Shown here piece by piece: positions 1-8,169 of a stretch of DNA of 39,458 nucleotides. This DNA is from a virus (Duplodnaviria; Heunggongvirae; Uroviricota; Caudoviricetes). Position numbers and translations under genes: made by a program. The stretch lies in the IMG/VR virus record IMGVR_UViG_2698536397_000026; one strand, given 5' to 3'. A model generated the notes under the pieces. That model searched no databases, had not been told where the DNA came from, and saw only the letters and a list, made by a program, of their open reading frames with translations. Numbering within the stretch: position 1 is the stretch's first letter; every line of letters begins with the position of its first letter.

Positions 1-108
1 ATGACGCTCGCGAAGTTTGCCATGATTTTCTGGCACGACCTGGCAGCACCGATCCTGGCGGGGATTATTACCGCAGCGATTGTCGGCTGGTGGCGTAACC
101 GGAAGTAA
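1..108 (+). CDS. ldr: Ldr-family type I toxin peptide (35 aa), flanking host copy 1
   Basis: 35-aa hydrophobic ORF MTLAKFAMIFWHDLAAPILAGIITAAIVGWWRNRK; matches my recollection of E. coli Ldr toxins (FWHDLAAP motif); near-identical copy at 39351..39458. Confidence 0.6.
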   Translation: MTLAKFAMIFWHDLAAPILAGIITAAIVGWWRNRK

Positions 109-157
109 GGTGAAAACGGGCGTCAGGCTGCCGTGATGGCAATATGCGCCCGAAACC

Positions 158-190
158 GGCCGCAGGGGTAACAGCCTGCGGCCATTTTTG
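158..190 (+). terminator. rho-independent terminator downstream of ldr copy 1
   Basis: 9-bp GC-rich stem GGCCGCAGG / CCTGCGGCC with 8-nt loop, followed by ATTTTTG. Confidence 0.6.
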
Positions 191-223
191 TCTTTATCTC
201 TTCCACAAGTAAATATTGGCAAC

Positions 224-396
224 TGTAACCAGGTGAATCATTTGATACCAACGAGGGTTTTAGTGAAAGGAGGTGAAATCACCTGTAAGATACTGAAATA
301 AAACAGGTGATGTCTGGATGAGCGCTTAAAGTCTATTTGATACCGATTGTGCAATAATTAATCGTTTATTCTAAAATCGGCAAAACTTTTGATACT
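224..396. repeat. attL: left end with three transposase-binding repeats (TTTGATACY at 241, 336, 388)
   Basis: Motif TTTGATAC(C/T) recurs three times, and three times in inverse orientation at the right end; spacing (95 bp, then 52 bp) resembles Mu L1/L2/L3. Confidence 0.5.
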
Positions 397-494
397 ACGG
401 ATTGACGCTAAAATGGCTTTAAAAAGGCTTAAAACGTTTTTCTCCAGATTGTCTTTAAAGGAGTGTACTACAGCACAAAAATTGCACCACTCCC

Positions 495-1079
495 TTACGC
501 ACCAGCCTTTTTCTGGGTTACATTTAAATGATTAACCTTAGCTTCACATTCTTCATAAATCTCTCTTACAGTATCATCGGGTAACTCTTGTAGACTCAAT
601 GCTAGTGCTCTTTTGACTCCGCTCAATGAGTGTAGTTTTTGAATATCTGTATCAAGCAAAACGGTTAGTAGTTCGGCCCCTTTTCTGATCAATAAGTTGG
701 ACAAAATCTCTTGTTCAGATGAAGTTAGCGAGTCCCACGCCCTCATGATGATGGAATCACTATCATCAATTCTTTGTTTTTTTGTTCTTTTTGTTTGTTC
801 AATTGGTTCTTTTTTCATGCTTGGCTCATCACCATAACCATTGACTAGCCACTCCATAGATACATGTTCTCTTTCTGCAATGTTCTGGAGATGGTGCTTT
901 CTTGGTTGTGGTGGCGGCTGATTGTTTCTCCTTTTGTAGTAGTTCTGCAATGTCTGAACGTTTATTCCCCATGCTCTAGCCGCCTCACTTCTCGATTTGT
1001 AACGCTCTGCAAGACGAAAAATCCGTTCGATCACTGGTTCTTTTCCTTCGTCGAGAAAAGAACTGTTTTTCATGTTCAT
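495..1079 (-). CDS. repressor (Mu c-like), leftward; start chosen at internal ATG with AGGAA RBS (ORF extends to 1208)
   Basis: Divergent to ner at the left end as in Mu; HTH-like segment SRSEAARAWGINVQTLQNYYKRR; AAGGAA 8 nt upstream of ATG at 1079. Confidence 0.55.
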   Translation of the reverse strand: MNMKNSSFLDEGKEPVIERIFRLAERYKSRSEAARAWGINVQTLQNYYKRRNNQPPPQPRKHHLQNIAEREHVSMEWLVNGYGDEPSMKKEPIEQTKRTKKQRIDDSDSIIMRAWDSLTSSEQEILSNLLIRKGAELLTVLLDTDIQKLHSLSGVKRALALSLQELPDDTVREIYEECEAKVNHLNVTQKKAGA

Positions 1080-1118
1080 GCTCTCAGGTTCCTTTGTATT
1101 TATCTTATTGATATTAAT

Positions 1119-1180
1119 AACAAAAACACCGCAAAGAATAAAAAGAACAAAACACCTTGATTTGGTTCTTTTGTTTGTTC
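1119..1180. promoter_or_regulatory. candidate repressor operator repeats between c and ner
   Basis: Direct repeats AACAAAAACACC (1119..1130) and GAACAAAACACC (1145..1156), with inverted partner TGTTTGTTC (1172..1180), in an AT-rich divergent control region. Confidence 0.35.
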
Positions 1181-1186
1181 TATTAT
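1157..1186 (+). promoter_or_regulatory. candidate early promoter (Pe-like) for ner-A-B
   Basis: TTGATT -18 bp- TATTAT about 60 bp upstream of ner ATG. Confidence 0.35.
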
Positions 1187-1197
1187 TTACCCGTACA

Positions 1198-1221
1198 GAT
1201 ATCCGCACGAATATCCGCGCG
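1198..1221. promoter_or_regulatory. candidate Ner operator: tandem 12-bp repeats
   Basis: GATATCCGCACG immediately followed by AATATCCGCGCG, between candidate Pe and ner start; Mu Ner is known to bind tandem repeats in this position. Confidence 0.4.
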
Positions 1222-1246
1222 GGTAACTTTTTAGAATAGAGGAAGT

Positions 1247-1495
1247 ATGAGTAGAAGAGAAGTTTCAGATCACGATTGGCCGCCTGAAATCATCAAGGCG
1301 CGCTTACACATGGCTGGCTTATCACTGCGCTCTTTATCTTTAAAGGCTGGTTACAGCAGGGATTCGCTGAAAAGCGTATTACGTACTCCTTGCCGACCGT
1401 ATCAGCAAATAATTGCTGATGCTCTTGGGGTATCGCCTGAAGAAATCTGGCCCAGTCGATACCAGGTTAAGAGCTATATGAGAAAGGCGTCATGA
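1247..1495 (+). CDS. ner: Ner-like DNA-binding transcriptional regulator
   Basis: 82 aa; C-terminal ...PEEIWPSRYQ matches Mu Ner/Nlp family signature as I recall it; position immediately upstream of transposase; RBS AGAGGAAG. Confidence 0.8.
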   Translation: MSRREVSDHDWPPEIIKARLHMAGLSLRSLSLKAGYSRDSLKSVLRTPCRPYQQIIADALGVSPEEIWPSRYQVKSYMRKAS

Positions 1496-1496
1496 T

Positions 1497-3587
1497 ATGT
1501 ATGTCATTGCAAAAGAACTGATTGGCGCGCCCGGAATGCCTGCTACAACAAAAGGTATTCGCCAGGCATTACAACGTTACGTACAAGGGAAAAGCTGTTG
1601 TTCCCGTCGTCGCTCAGGCTCTAAAGCAACTGAATACAGCATCGACTGTTTACCTGAAGTGACGCAGCAGGCATTACGTGAACGTTATGCCCTGCAACTG
1701 ATGACGCAAAAAGCCGATGAATCACCGGCTCCGGTGGTGACAAAGGCCAGACGCTCATCTGACGTGGTTGATGCGGTGGAGGCATATCGCGGATCACCAC
1801 AACTGATGGTCGAACGCCTCAATGCCCTGACTGAAAACCAGCGCCAGGTGGCTGATGCACGAATCGCGATCGTCAGCGAAGTGATGAAAGTCGCGCAACA
1901 ACCCGGTTTCAGCTGCGCGAAAGCTATCCGGTTTATCGTTGACAACCTGGCACGTTCGCAACTGGACGAGCGCATTGTGGCAATGGTTGAGACGGCGAAC
2001 GCCAAAAAGGGAAACAGCCGTGCGTTGAGTGAAATAACGCTGAAACGCTGGATTGCGGCCTTTAACAAGGCGCAGAACGCCGCTGAACGCCTGCTTTTAC
2101 TGGCACCGGGTAAGCGCCAGGAAATAAAAGCCGAAGATATTAACTGGCTGCCCGAATTTCTGGCGCAGTATCGCCAGTCAAACGGCCGACCAATGACCGA
2201 GGCTTACGAGGATTTTGTCGCTGAATGGCAGCACCGGCACGCTGATGAGCCTTATATGCTCGATATCATGCCGTCTTATGACACCATTCGCCGCGCAATG
2301 AAGAAACTGCCGGAAGTGGTGAAACAAAAAGGCCGGGTGACCGGCAGTGAATACCGCCAGCTTGAGGGATTCACGCGCCGCGACTGGTCAAAAATGCCGG
2401 TGAATTATGTCTGGATTGGTGACGGTCACGGCATGAAGCTGAAATGCGCACACCCGGTTCACGGTCGGCCATTTGCACCGGAAGTGACCTTTGTTATCGA
2501 CGGTGGCACGCGCTTTGTGGTGGGCTGGAGCCTTGACCTGGCTGAAAATGTTTTCGCCGTAGCCGGTGCCATACAGCACGGCATTCGCCATCACGGCAAA
2601 CCGTTTCTGTATTACTCGGATAACGGCTCCGGGGAAACCGCCGACATCCTGGATAAGGAGGTTGTGGGGATACTGCCGCGACTGGGGATTAATCACCCGA
2701 CCGGGATTGCCGGTAATCCGCAGGGACGAGGCATTATCGAACGGCTTAACCGCACATTACCGATGCGCATAGCCCGTAAATACCGCACCTATTTCGGGAA
2801 AGGTGCAGATCGCGAGACGTTACGCAAAACCAACCGCGATTTACGCTCGGCATTTACTGCCCTGCAACAGGGCAAACGGCTGAACGCCCGGCAGCAGTCA
2901 GCGATGCGTGATTTACCGTCCTGGTCTGAACTGATTGATGCCATTCGTGACGGTGTTGAGTGGTACAACAACCGGCCGCACGATGAATTACCGGTGAAGC
3001 CGAACGGCAAGCATTACAGCCCGGCGGAGTTCAGAAAAAAACGCCTGGCGGAAGAGGACACGGAAATTGAATGGCTGTCCGATGTTGAGCTGCGGGATAT
3101 GTTCCGGCCGATGGTGGAACGCCCTGTAAGACGCTGTGAAATACGCTGGCTGAATAATATTTACTACGCGCCCGAGCTGCGTGACGAGCATGGTCGTAAG
3201 GTGCTTATCAGCTATGACATTCATGATGCCGAACGAATTACCGTACGTCGCCTGGATGGCAGCGTGATTTGCGAGGCGGTATGGGACGGTAATAAACGCG
3301 AAGCCTTCCCGGTTAGCGCGGAATACTACAAACAGCAGCAACGCCTTAAAGGCATGCGTAAACGCGCAGAGGAAAAAATCCGTGATGCCGAGGATGAGGT
3401 TGTCAACGTGCTGGAGCACAAGCCGCAGGAGCCCTGGCTGGAAAACATATACCGCCCTGTGGGTAATACGGTGACCGTTCAGCAACCGGTCGCTGACGAT
3501 GAACCTGATGAAGAATACGAGCGTAATTTCCAGCGGGGATTGCAGTTGCTGGAAGCGAAATTAAAAGAAAATGACCCGCTGGCCTGA
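1497..3587 (+). CDS. A: Mu-type DDE transposase (MuA-like)
   Basis: 696 aa, second gene of early operon, start overlaps ner stop (TGATATG); size and position as MuA. Confidence 0.85.
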   Translation: MYVIAKELIGAPGMPATTKGIRQALQRYVQGKSCCSRRRSGSKATEYSIDCLPEVTQQALRERYALQLMTQKADESPAPVVTKARRSSDVVDAVEAYRGSPQLMVERLNALTENQRQVADARIAIVSEVMKVAQQPGFSCAKAIRFIVDNLARSQLDERIVAMVETANAKKGNSRALSEITLKRWIAAFNKAQNAAERLLLLAPGKRQEIKAEDINWLPEFLAQYRQSNGRPMTEAYEDFVAEWQHRHADEPYMLDIMPSYDTIRRAMKKLPEVVKQKGRVTGSEYRQLEGFTRRDWSKMPVNYVWIGDGHGMKLKCAHPVHGRPFAPEVTFVIDGGTRFVVGWSLDLAENVFAVAGAIQHGIRHHGKPFLYYSDNGSGETADILDKEVVGILPRLGINHPTGIAGNPQGRGIIERLNRTLPMRIARKYRTYFGKGADRETLRKTNRDLRSAFTALQQGKRLNARQQSAMRDLPSWSELIDAIRDGVEWYNNRPHDELPVKPNGKHYSPAEFRKKRLAEEDTEIEWLSDVELRDMFRPMVERPVRRCEIRWLNNIYYAPELRDEHGRKVLISYDIHDAERITVRRLDGSVICEAVWDGNKREAFPVSAEYYKQQQRLKGMRKRAEEKIRDAEDEVVNVLEHKPQEPWLENIYRPVGNTVTVQQPVADDEPDEEYERNFQRGLQLLEAKLKENDPLA

Positions 3588-3658
3588 AATAAAAAAATAA
3601 CCCGAGCGGCGACTCAGGTTATTTGATTAAACAAGGTATCAAATGAGAGGTTAATAAT

Positions 3659-4591
3659 ATGACTGATATTAACGATGTAATCAAGACCATTGATGAACTT
3701 ATTGATGGCGGCGTACTGACGCAGTATGCCATCGCCAGAGAGGCGGGAATTTCCGACGGCACATTATCGGCTTTCCGTAAGGGAAAATATAAAGGCGATA
3801 ACGCTGCTGTGGCTGCTTCCCTGCGTTCCTGGTATGAGAACTGGAATAAACAAAGCGCACTGCCGGAACCGCCGCAGTTTGTGGAAACGCAGACAGTCCA
3901 GGAGCTGCGCGCACTGTTTCAGGCGGTTCGTCTGATGGGCTGTATTAACGTTATTGTGGGCGTACCGGGTGTGGGTAAAACGGCCACTGCCCGTAATTAC
4001 TGCCAGGAGCAACCAAACACCTGGATGATCACCCTGTCACCCGCGCACTCCAGCGTCACGGAGTGTCTGCTGGAGCTGGCCGATGCGCTGGGGATTGATT
4101 ACACCCGCGCGAACAAAGGGGCATTATCCCGCGCCATCCGCCGTCGCCTGATGGGAACGCGTGGACTGGTGATTGTGGATGAGGCGGATCATCTTGGTAT
4201 TGACGGTCTGGAGCAACTCCGGGCAATTCAGGACGCCACGGGGATCGGGATGGTGCTTATTGGTAACCCGCGCGGATTGTTTAAAGGTGGACGCCGCGCC
4301 TTTGATGATTTATCGCGCCTGTTCAGCCGTCTTGCCCGTACAAAACAACTTCGCAAGGCCAAAAAGGCGGATGTGCTGGCCATTGCCAGGGCGTGGGGGA
4401 TCAGTGGTGAGGCCGAGCTGGCCGTCATGCAGGCTATCGCTGAAAAGCCGGGAGCGTTACGCGTTCTGACACATACGCTTAACCAGGCGTGGCTCACCGC
4501 CAGCGGTGAAGGCGCGGCGCTGACAGAAAAACATATTAATGCGGCCTTTAAAGAGGTTTATACCAACCCTGAATTACTCTCACAGGTGTGA
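3659..4591 (+). CDS. B: transposition ATPase / target DNA activator (MuB-like)
   Basis: 310 aa; Walker A GVPGVGKT and Walker B LVIVDEAD; directly after transposase. Confidence 0.85.
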   Translation: MTDINDVIKTIDELIDGGVLTQYAIAREAGISDGTLSAFRKGKYKGDNAAVAASLRSWYENWNKQSALPEPPQFVETQTVQELRALFQAVRLMGCINVIVGVPGVGKTATARNYCQEQPNTWMITLSPAHSSVTECLLELADALGIDYTRANKGALSRAIRRRLMGTRGLVIVDEADHLGIDGLEQLRAIQDATGIGMVLIGNPRGLFKGGRRAFDDLSRLFSRLARTKQLRKAKKADVLAIARAWGISGEAELAVMQAIAEKPGALRVLTHTLNQAWLTASGEGAALTEKHINAAFKEVYTNPELLSQV

Positions 4592-4593
4592 TT

Positions 4594-4815
4594 ATGGCGG
4601 TATTTAATATTCCTGATATTTACGGACGCTTTTACCTGGTTAATTTCGATAACGTGAAGGTGATTTCACTGGCCGAAAATAAAGAATGTGGCGATTTACT
4701 TTTTGAATTTAATGACCGCACACGAATGGTGATATCTGCCGGACTTGATCGCGAAGGTGCGACAGACGTTTACAGCGGAATATGCCGTTCTGTTGGTGCG
4801 AAACAAGTCAGCTAA
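4594..4815 (+). CDS. hypothetical early protein (74 aa)
   Basis: ORF overlapping B stop (GTGATTATG); start at ATG 4594. Confidence 0.5.
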   Translation: MAVFNIPDIYGRFYLVNFDNVKVISLAENKECGDLLFEFNDRTRMVISAGLDREGATDVYSGICRSVGAKQVS

Positions 4816-4827
4816 ATGAGGTGTTAT

Positions 4828-5082
4828 ATGAATATGCAATCCTGCGGTAACAAAATGAATTTATTCGACTCCCTGAACAGCGCGCGCCGTCTGACCGAAC
4901 TTGCCGGTGCGGTACTGGAACGCAGTAAGCGCTATCCGCAACGTTTTGCACTGAAAACCACGCCGCCGGTAGGCAACGTGCAGGGAACCGGTGAAATTGA
5001 AATCACCATACAGACCAACGGCCTGCGCCGCCGTGTGAAGGCCACCCGCATCAGCGGCTGCACGGTTTACTGGGAGGTGTGA
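4828..5082 (+). CDS. hypothetical early protein (about 84 aa)
   Basis: ORF with GAGGTG RBS before ATG 4828 (track start 4816). Confidence 0.5.
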   Translation: MNMQSCGNKMNLFDSLNSARRLTELAGAVLERSKRYPQRFALKTTPPVGNVQGTGEIEITIQTNGLRRRVKATRISGCTVYWEV

Positions 5083-5083
5083 G

Positions 5084-5365
5084 GTGAAAAAAAATCTCAT
5101 TGCATGGGCGTGGTCGAGTGGTCTTATTGAGTTTGGTTACGTCCTGCCGGAAGGTGCATTGCCGATAGTTGCCGGAAAGCCTGCCACGGTACGGCATGTG
5201 ATTGAGGTTATGGCGCGTCATGGACGTGATGAACAGGAGCAGTTACTGGTTCCGGGGATACCGGAAGCGGTGACGGAGGAAGAAGCCTTTAATGCCATGA
5301 TTCGGTTCTGCCGTGAGGTCAGACGCCGGGTCAGTTATCCAAACAGAACGAGGACCAGAGGATGA
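5084..5365 (+). CDS. hypothetical early protein (93 aa), GTG start
   Basis: GGGAGGTG RBS, GTG start, tight packing with neighbours. Confidence 0.5.
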   Translation: MKKNLIAWAWSSGLIEFGYVLPEGALPIVAGKPATVRHVIEVMARHGRDEQEQLLVPGIPEAVTEEEAFNAMIRFCREVRRRVSYPNRTRTRG

Positions 5366-5634
5366 GTAAAGTCGTACGCATTATTTTCGAATACAAGGAG
5401 CACGTTATCCATAAAAACGCTGATGGAACAGTGCGCATGGGGGTAAGTCTGGACATACGTTCAACCGGGATAAAGCAGAAAGGTGATGGACCCGCCATGA
5501 TTTTTGGGGTGGTTATGCTCGCGGAAAGCAGAGACTTTGCTGAACTTGTGGCAATGAAAGCCAGTGCGCTCATGAAAGATATGAGCATGCGTTCCGGGGT
5601 TATTAAAGGTAATGAATTTAATCAGCAGGGGTAA
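5362..5634 (+). CDS. hypothetical early protein, paralog 1 (90 aa)
   Basis: ATGA overlap with upstream gene; N-terminus MSKVVRIIFEYKEHVIH paralogous to next gene. Confidence 0.55.
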   Translation: MSKVVRIIFEYKEHVIHKNADGTVRMGVSLDIRSTGIKQKGDGPAMIFGVVMLAESRDFAELVAMKASALMKDMSMRSGVIKGNEFNQQG

Positions 5635-5638
5635 TTCC

Positions 5639-5932
5639 ATGAGCAAAGTACGCGTTATTTTTGAATTTAAGCATGTTTCGCATGACGAAAAACCGGCAGG
5701 CAATGACTGTGTTGAAGTGCATGAAAAGATTGGTGTGGATGTAAAAACAGAACGTGATACGAATAACAGGCCGACGTCACTCTGTGACGTTTATGCAAGT
5801 ATTCTCCAGTATCACAGTCCTGAAATTATTCAGTTTCTCTCAGCGGAATTTCAGGCATCTGTACAGGCTTTTGGGGCGGATGCCATCATTAAACGCCACC
5901 GCGTGCATAAAGCATCAGGCACACTGCAATAA
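5639..5932 (+). CDS. hypothetical early protein, paralog 2 (97 aa)
   Basis: N-terminus MSKVRVIFEFKHVSH; RBS AGGGG; start at ATG 5639 (track start 5612). Confidence 0.55.
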   Translation: MSKVRVIFEFKHVSHDEKPAGNDCVEVHEKIGVDVKTERDTNNRPTSLCDVYASILQYHSPEIIQFLSAEFQASVQAFGADAIIKRHRVHKASGTLQ

Positions 5933-5943
5933 GGAAAAACAAA

Positions 5944-6474
5944 ATGGCTAAACGTGTTACAAAATTAAAGGCCGCAGCCGAGGCTGCACCGCAGACCCGC
6001 GAAGAAGTCAGCCGCGATATCCGTACCCTGGGCGATATTCAGCGAGAGGCGCTGCGGCTGGAAACGGCGATGAATGATGAAGTGGCAGAAATCACCGCCC
6101 GTTATACGCCGCAGATTGAAAACCTTAAAAAAGAAATCAAAGTGCTTTTTAAGGGGATTCAGGACTGGTGCAAAACCAACCGCGATGAGCTGACGAACGG
6201 CGGCAAAACCAAAACAGCCAATCTGACCACCGGAACAGTGTCATGGCGGCTGGGAAATCCATCATGCAGCGTCAGCCGTGATGTGGAAGGTGTGATTGAA
6301 ATGCTGCGCCGTATGGGGCTTGAGCGATTCATCCGCACGAAAGAGGAAGTGAACAAGGAAGCGGTCCTGGCGGAGCCGGATGCAGTGAAAGGCATTGCCG
6401 GTATTAAGGTGAATAAAGGCGCTGAAAGTTTTTATGTCGAGCCTTTTGAACAGGACGCCGGACTGAATAAATAA
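5944..6474 (+). CDS. gam: Gam-like host-nuclease inhibitor (Mu Gam / Ku-like DNA end binding)
   Basis: 176 aa; MAKRVTKLKAAAEAAPQ... with TANLTTGTVSWR and FIRTKEEVNKEA segments resembling Mu Gam as I recall it; located in early region. Confidence 0.7.
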   Translation: MAKRVTKLKAAAEAAPQTREEVSRDIRTLGDIQREALRLETAMNDEVAEITARYTPQIENLKKEIKVLFKGIQDWCKTNRDELTNGGKTKTANLTTGTVSWRLGNPSCSVSRDVEGVIEMLRRMGLERFIRTKEEVNKEAVLAEPDAVKGIAGIKVNKGAESFYVEPFEQDAGLNK

Positions 6475-6571
6475 CACCGCATTAAATCTTTAAATATCAC
6501 ATCGTTTTAAGTATGGCGCTCGCGTCAGGGGACTGCCTGCGCCTGTAAACTGAAAATAAGGAACAGGATAT

Positions 6572-7114
6572 ATGGCATATTTTTATTTCAAATTAGACCG
6601 TGTGCAGACAAATAAATATTTCACCAAATATCAACAGACTGTTTTACCGCTACGCAACAGTATTCTTCGGGCATTACTGAAAAATACAGGCGCTGCCGGA
6701 TTGCGCTTAAAGCCGTTTGCCATGGACGTAATCAGTGAGTTTTATTTTTCTGGTGCTCTGCCTGCGGGCTGGCGTAAGCGCGATGATGTGGCTTTTATCG
6801 GGGACGGACCGTGCTTTATTGCCAGACCTGATGAGTCATGCCCTGAAGGACCGGCGATTGCCGCAATGATTGAAGCCGCTGAACGCGAGTTAAGAAAGCG
6901 TCCTGATTTCCTTGTCTGGCTCTGTGAAAAGCTGGGGGTAATGAGAATCCCCTCCATGTTTAACATGGACTCCTGGTGGACCCCGTCGCTCTCCCGTGAT
7001 GCCCTGTGCGTGGTGTTTAAAGTAGGCGCTTATGGCAGGGAAATAAAAGGGGGTATTCCTGAAGAATGCCAGGAGATTAAACATTCTGAATATGTGGCGC
7101 TGACGGAGGAATAA
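6572..7114 (+). CDS. hypothetical early protein (180 aa)
   Basis: ORF with AAGGAACAGG RBS; no recognisable motif. Confidence 0.55.
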   Translation: MAYFYFKLDRVQTNKYFTKYQQTVLPLRNSILRALLKNTGAAGLRLKPFAMDVISEFYFSGALPAGWRKRDDVAFIGDGPCFIARPDESCPEGPAIAAMIEAAERELRKRPDFLVWLCEKLGVMRIPSMFNMDSWWTPSLSRDALCVVFKVGAYGREIKGGIPEECQEIKHSEYVALTEE

Positions 7115-7117
7115 TTC

Positions 7118-7651
7118 ATGATTGATGCAAAAGTGCTTGAAGGGGTTAAAAACTGGCTGAGTATTTACGGGCGTCTGACCTGCGGCATTCTGGCTGAAAA
7201 AATGAATATGCCGCCATCCTCGATGGTTTATTTTCTGCGTGATGCGGTCGATGCCGGGGTGCTGACGGAATGTAACGGTTTTTATGATATTCCGCGTCCC
7301 CGCCCGGTGCAGCCGGTTCGTCGCAAATGCAGCCAGGAAGGTGCGGCTGATGATGTTCAGTGGTGCAGCTTCAGAAAATCCCTGCCGTGGATTGAGGGGC
7401 ATGATATTCCGTCAATGGCGTGGGAATTTGCTCAGGGCGTTCTGACCTGTGAAACCGTTTATGTGGTGGCTGAAGTTGATGAGCAGGCCATGAAAGAAGG
7501 CGTGCCCCAGTTTGTGATGGCGTATATCGACATACGCCTGGGTGTCATTATCTGCGGTTTAAGCGGCTGGAATATCACCTCGCGCGTTCTGCGTTACCTG
7601 ATTGTTGACCGGACGGCCGCGCCTGCCGGGATATCTGCGGAGGTGGCGTAA
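7118..7651 (+). CDS. hypothetical early protein (177 aa), possible winged-helix N-terminus
   Basis: ORF 3 bp after previous stop; N-terminal segment GILAEKMNMPPSSMVYFLRDAVDAGVLTE looks like a DNA-binding helix pair. Confidence 0.5.
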   Translation: MIDAKVLEGVKNWLSIYGRLTCGILAEKMNMPPSSMVYFLRDAVDAGVLTECNGFYDIPRPRPVQPVRRKCSQEGAADDVQWCSFRKSLPWIEGHDIPSMAWEFAQGVLTCETVYVVAEVDEQAMKEGVPQFVMAYIDIRLGVIICGLSGWNITSRVLRYLIVDRTAAPAGISAEVA

Positions 7652-8166
7652 TGTTCTTTAAAACATCAAACCCTTCCGCGCTGGCCGCGTGGCAAAAATA
7701 TCAGCAGGACTGCCAGAAAGTTAAGGATGAGGCAAAACGCCTTGAGGCCGTGCTGAATGTTGCGTGCCGGTCGGTATTTGTATCCGGTATCAGTGGCTTT
7801 TGTTTTAAAGGGCTGCGCTTTATGGATGACAAATATCCTTTTCATCGCGACTTATGGCGAAAACCGACTGCGTCGAATGGCTGGAGCTGCACACCGCGCA
7901 CATCACGTATTCCCAAAGCCCTGCGCGTTGCCTCTGACGAACTTAACAGTCTGTGGCGTGAATATTCGCCCGTCACGTATGCCAGAACCGATGCACTGTT
8001 GTTCTGGCTGGGTATTGATTTCTCGGCAATCATGTTTGGCCCTGTGAAGTGGTTCTGCGTTGACGATGTGATTTACCTTGAGTGCGGCGTAAAACCCGCA
8101 AATCAGAAAATGACCGAAATTCTGTCTGATGAGTTTTATGCTGCTGAAAAGCGAGTCAGGGGGTGA
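7651..8166 (+). CDS. hypothetical early protein (171 aa)
   Basis: ORF overlapping previous stop (TAATG). Confidence 0.5.
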   Translation: MFFKTSNPSALAAWQKYQQDCQKVKDEAKRLEAVLNVACRSVFVSGISGFCFKGLRFMDDKYPFHRDLWRKPTASNGWSCTPRTSRIPKALRVASDELNSLWREYSPVTYARTDALLFWLGIDFSAIMFGPVKWFCVDDVIYLECGVKPANQKMTEILSDEFYAAEKRVRG

Positions 8167-8169
8167 TGT

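Noticed and set aside
864-1160. 98-aa plus-strand ORF inside the repressor gene region
   Set aside because: Antisense to the repressor ORF, Cys/Phe-rich, no RBS; the leftward repressor is the expected gene here.
3588-3658. Imperfect hairpin (ATAACCCGAG...CTCAGGTTAT) between A and B as a terminator
   Set aside because: Stem has a mismatch and no T-tract; A and B are expected to be co-transcribed; possibly only an mRNA processing or stability element.
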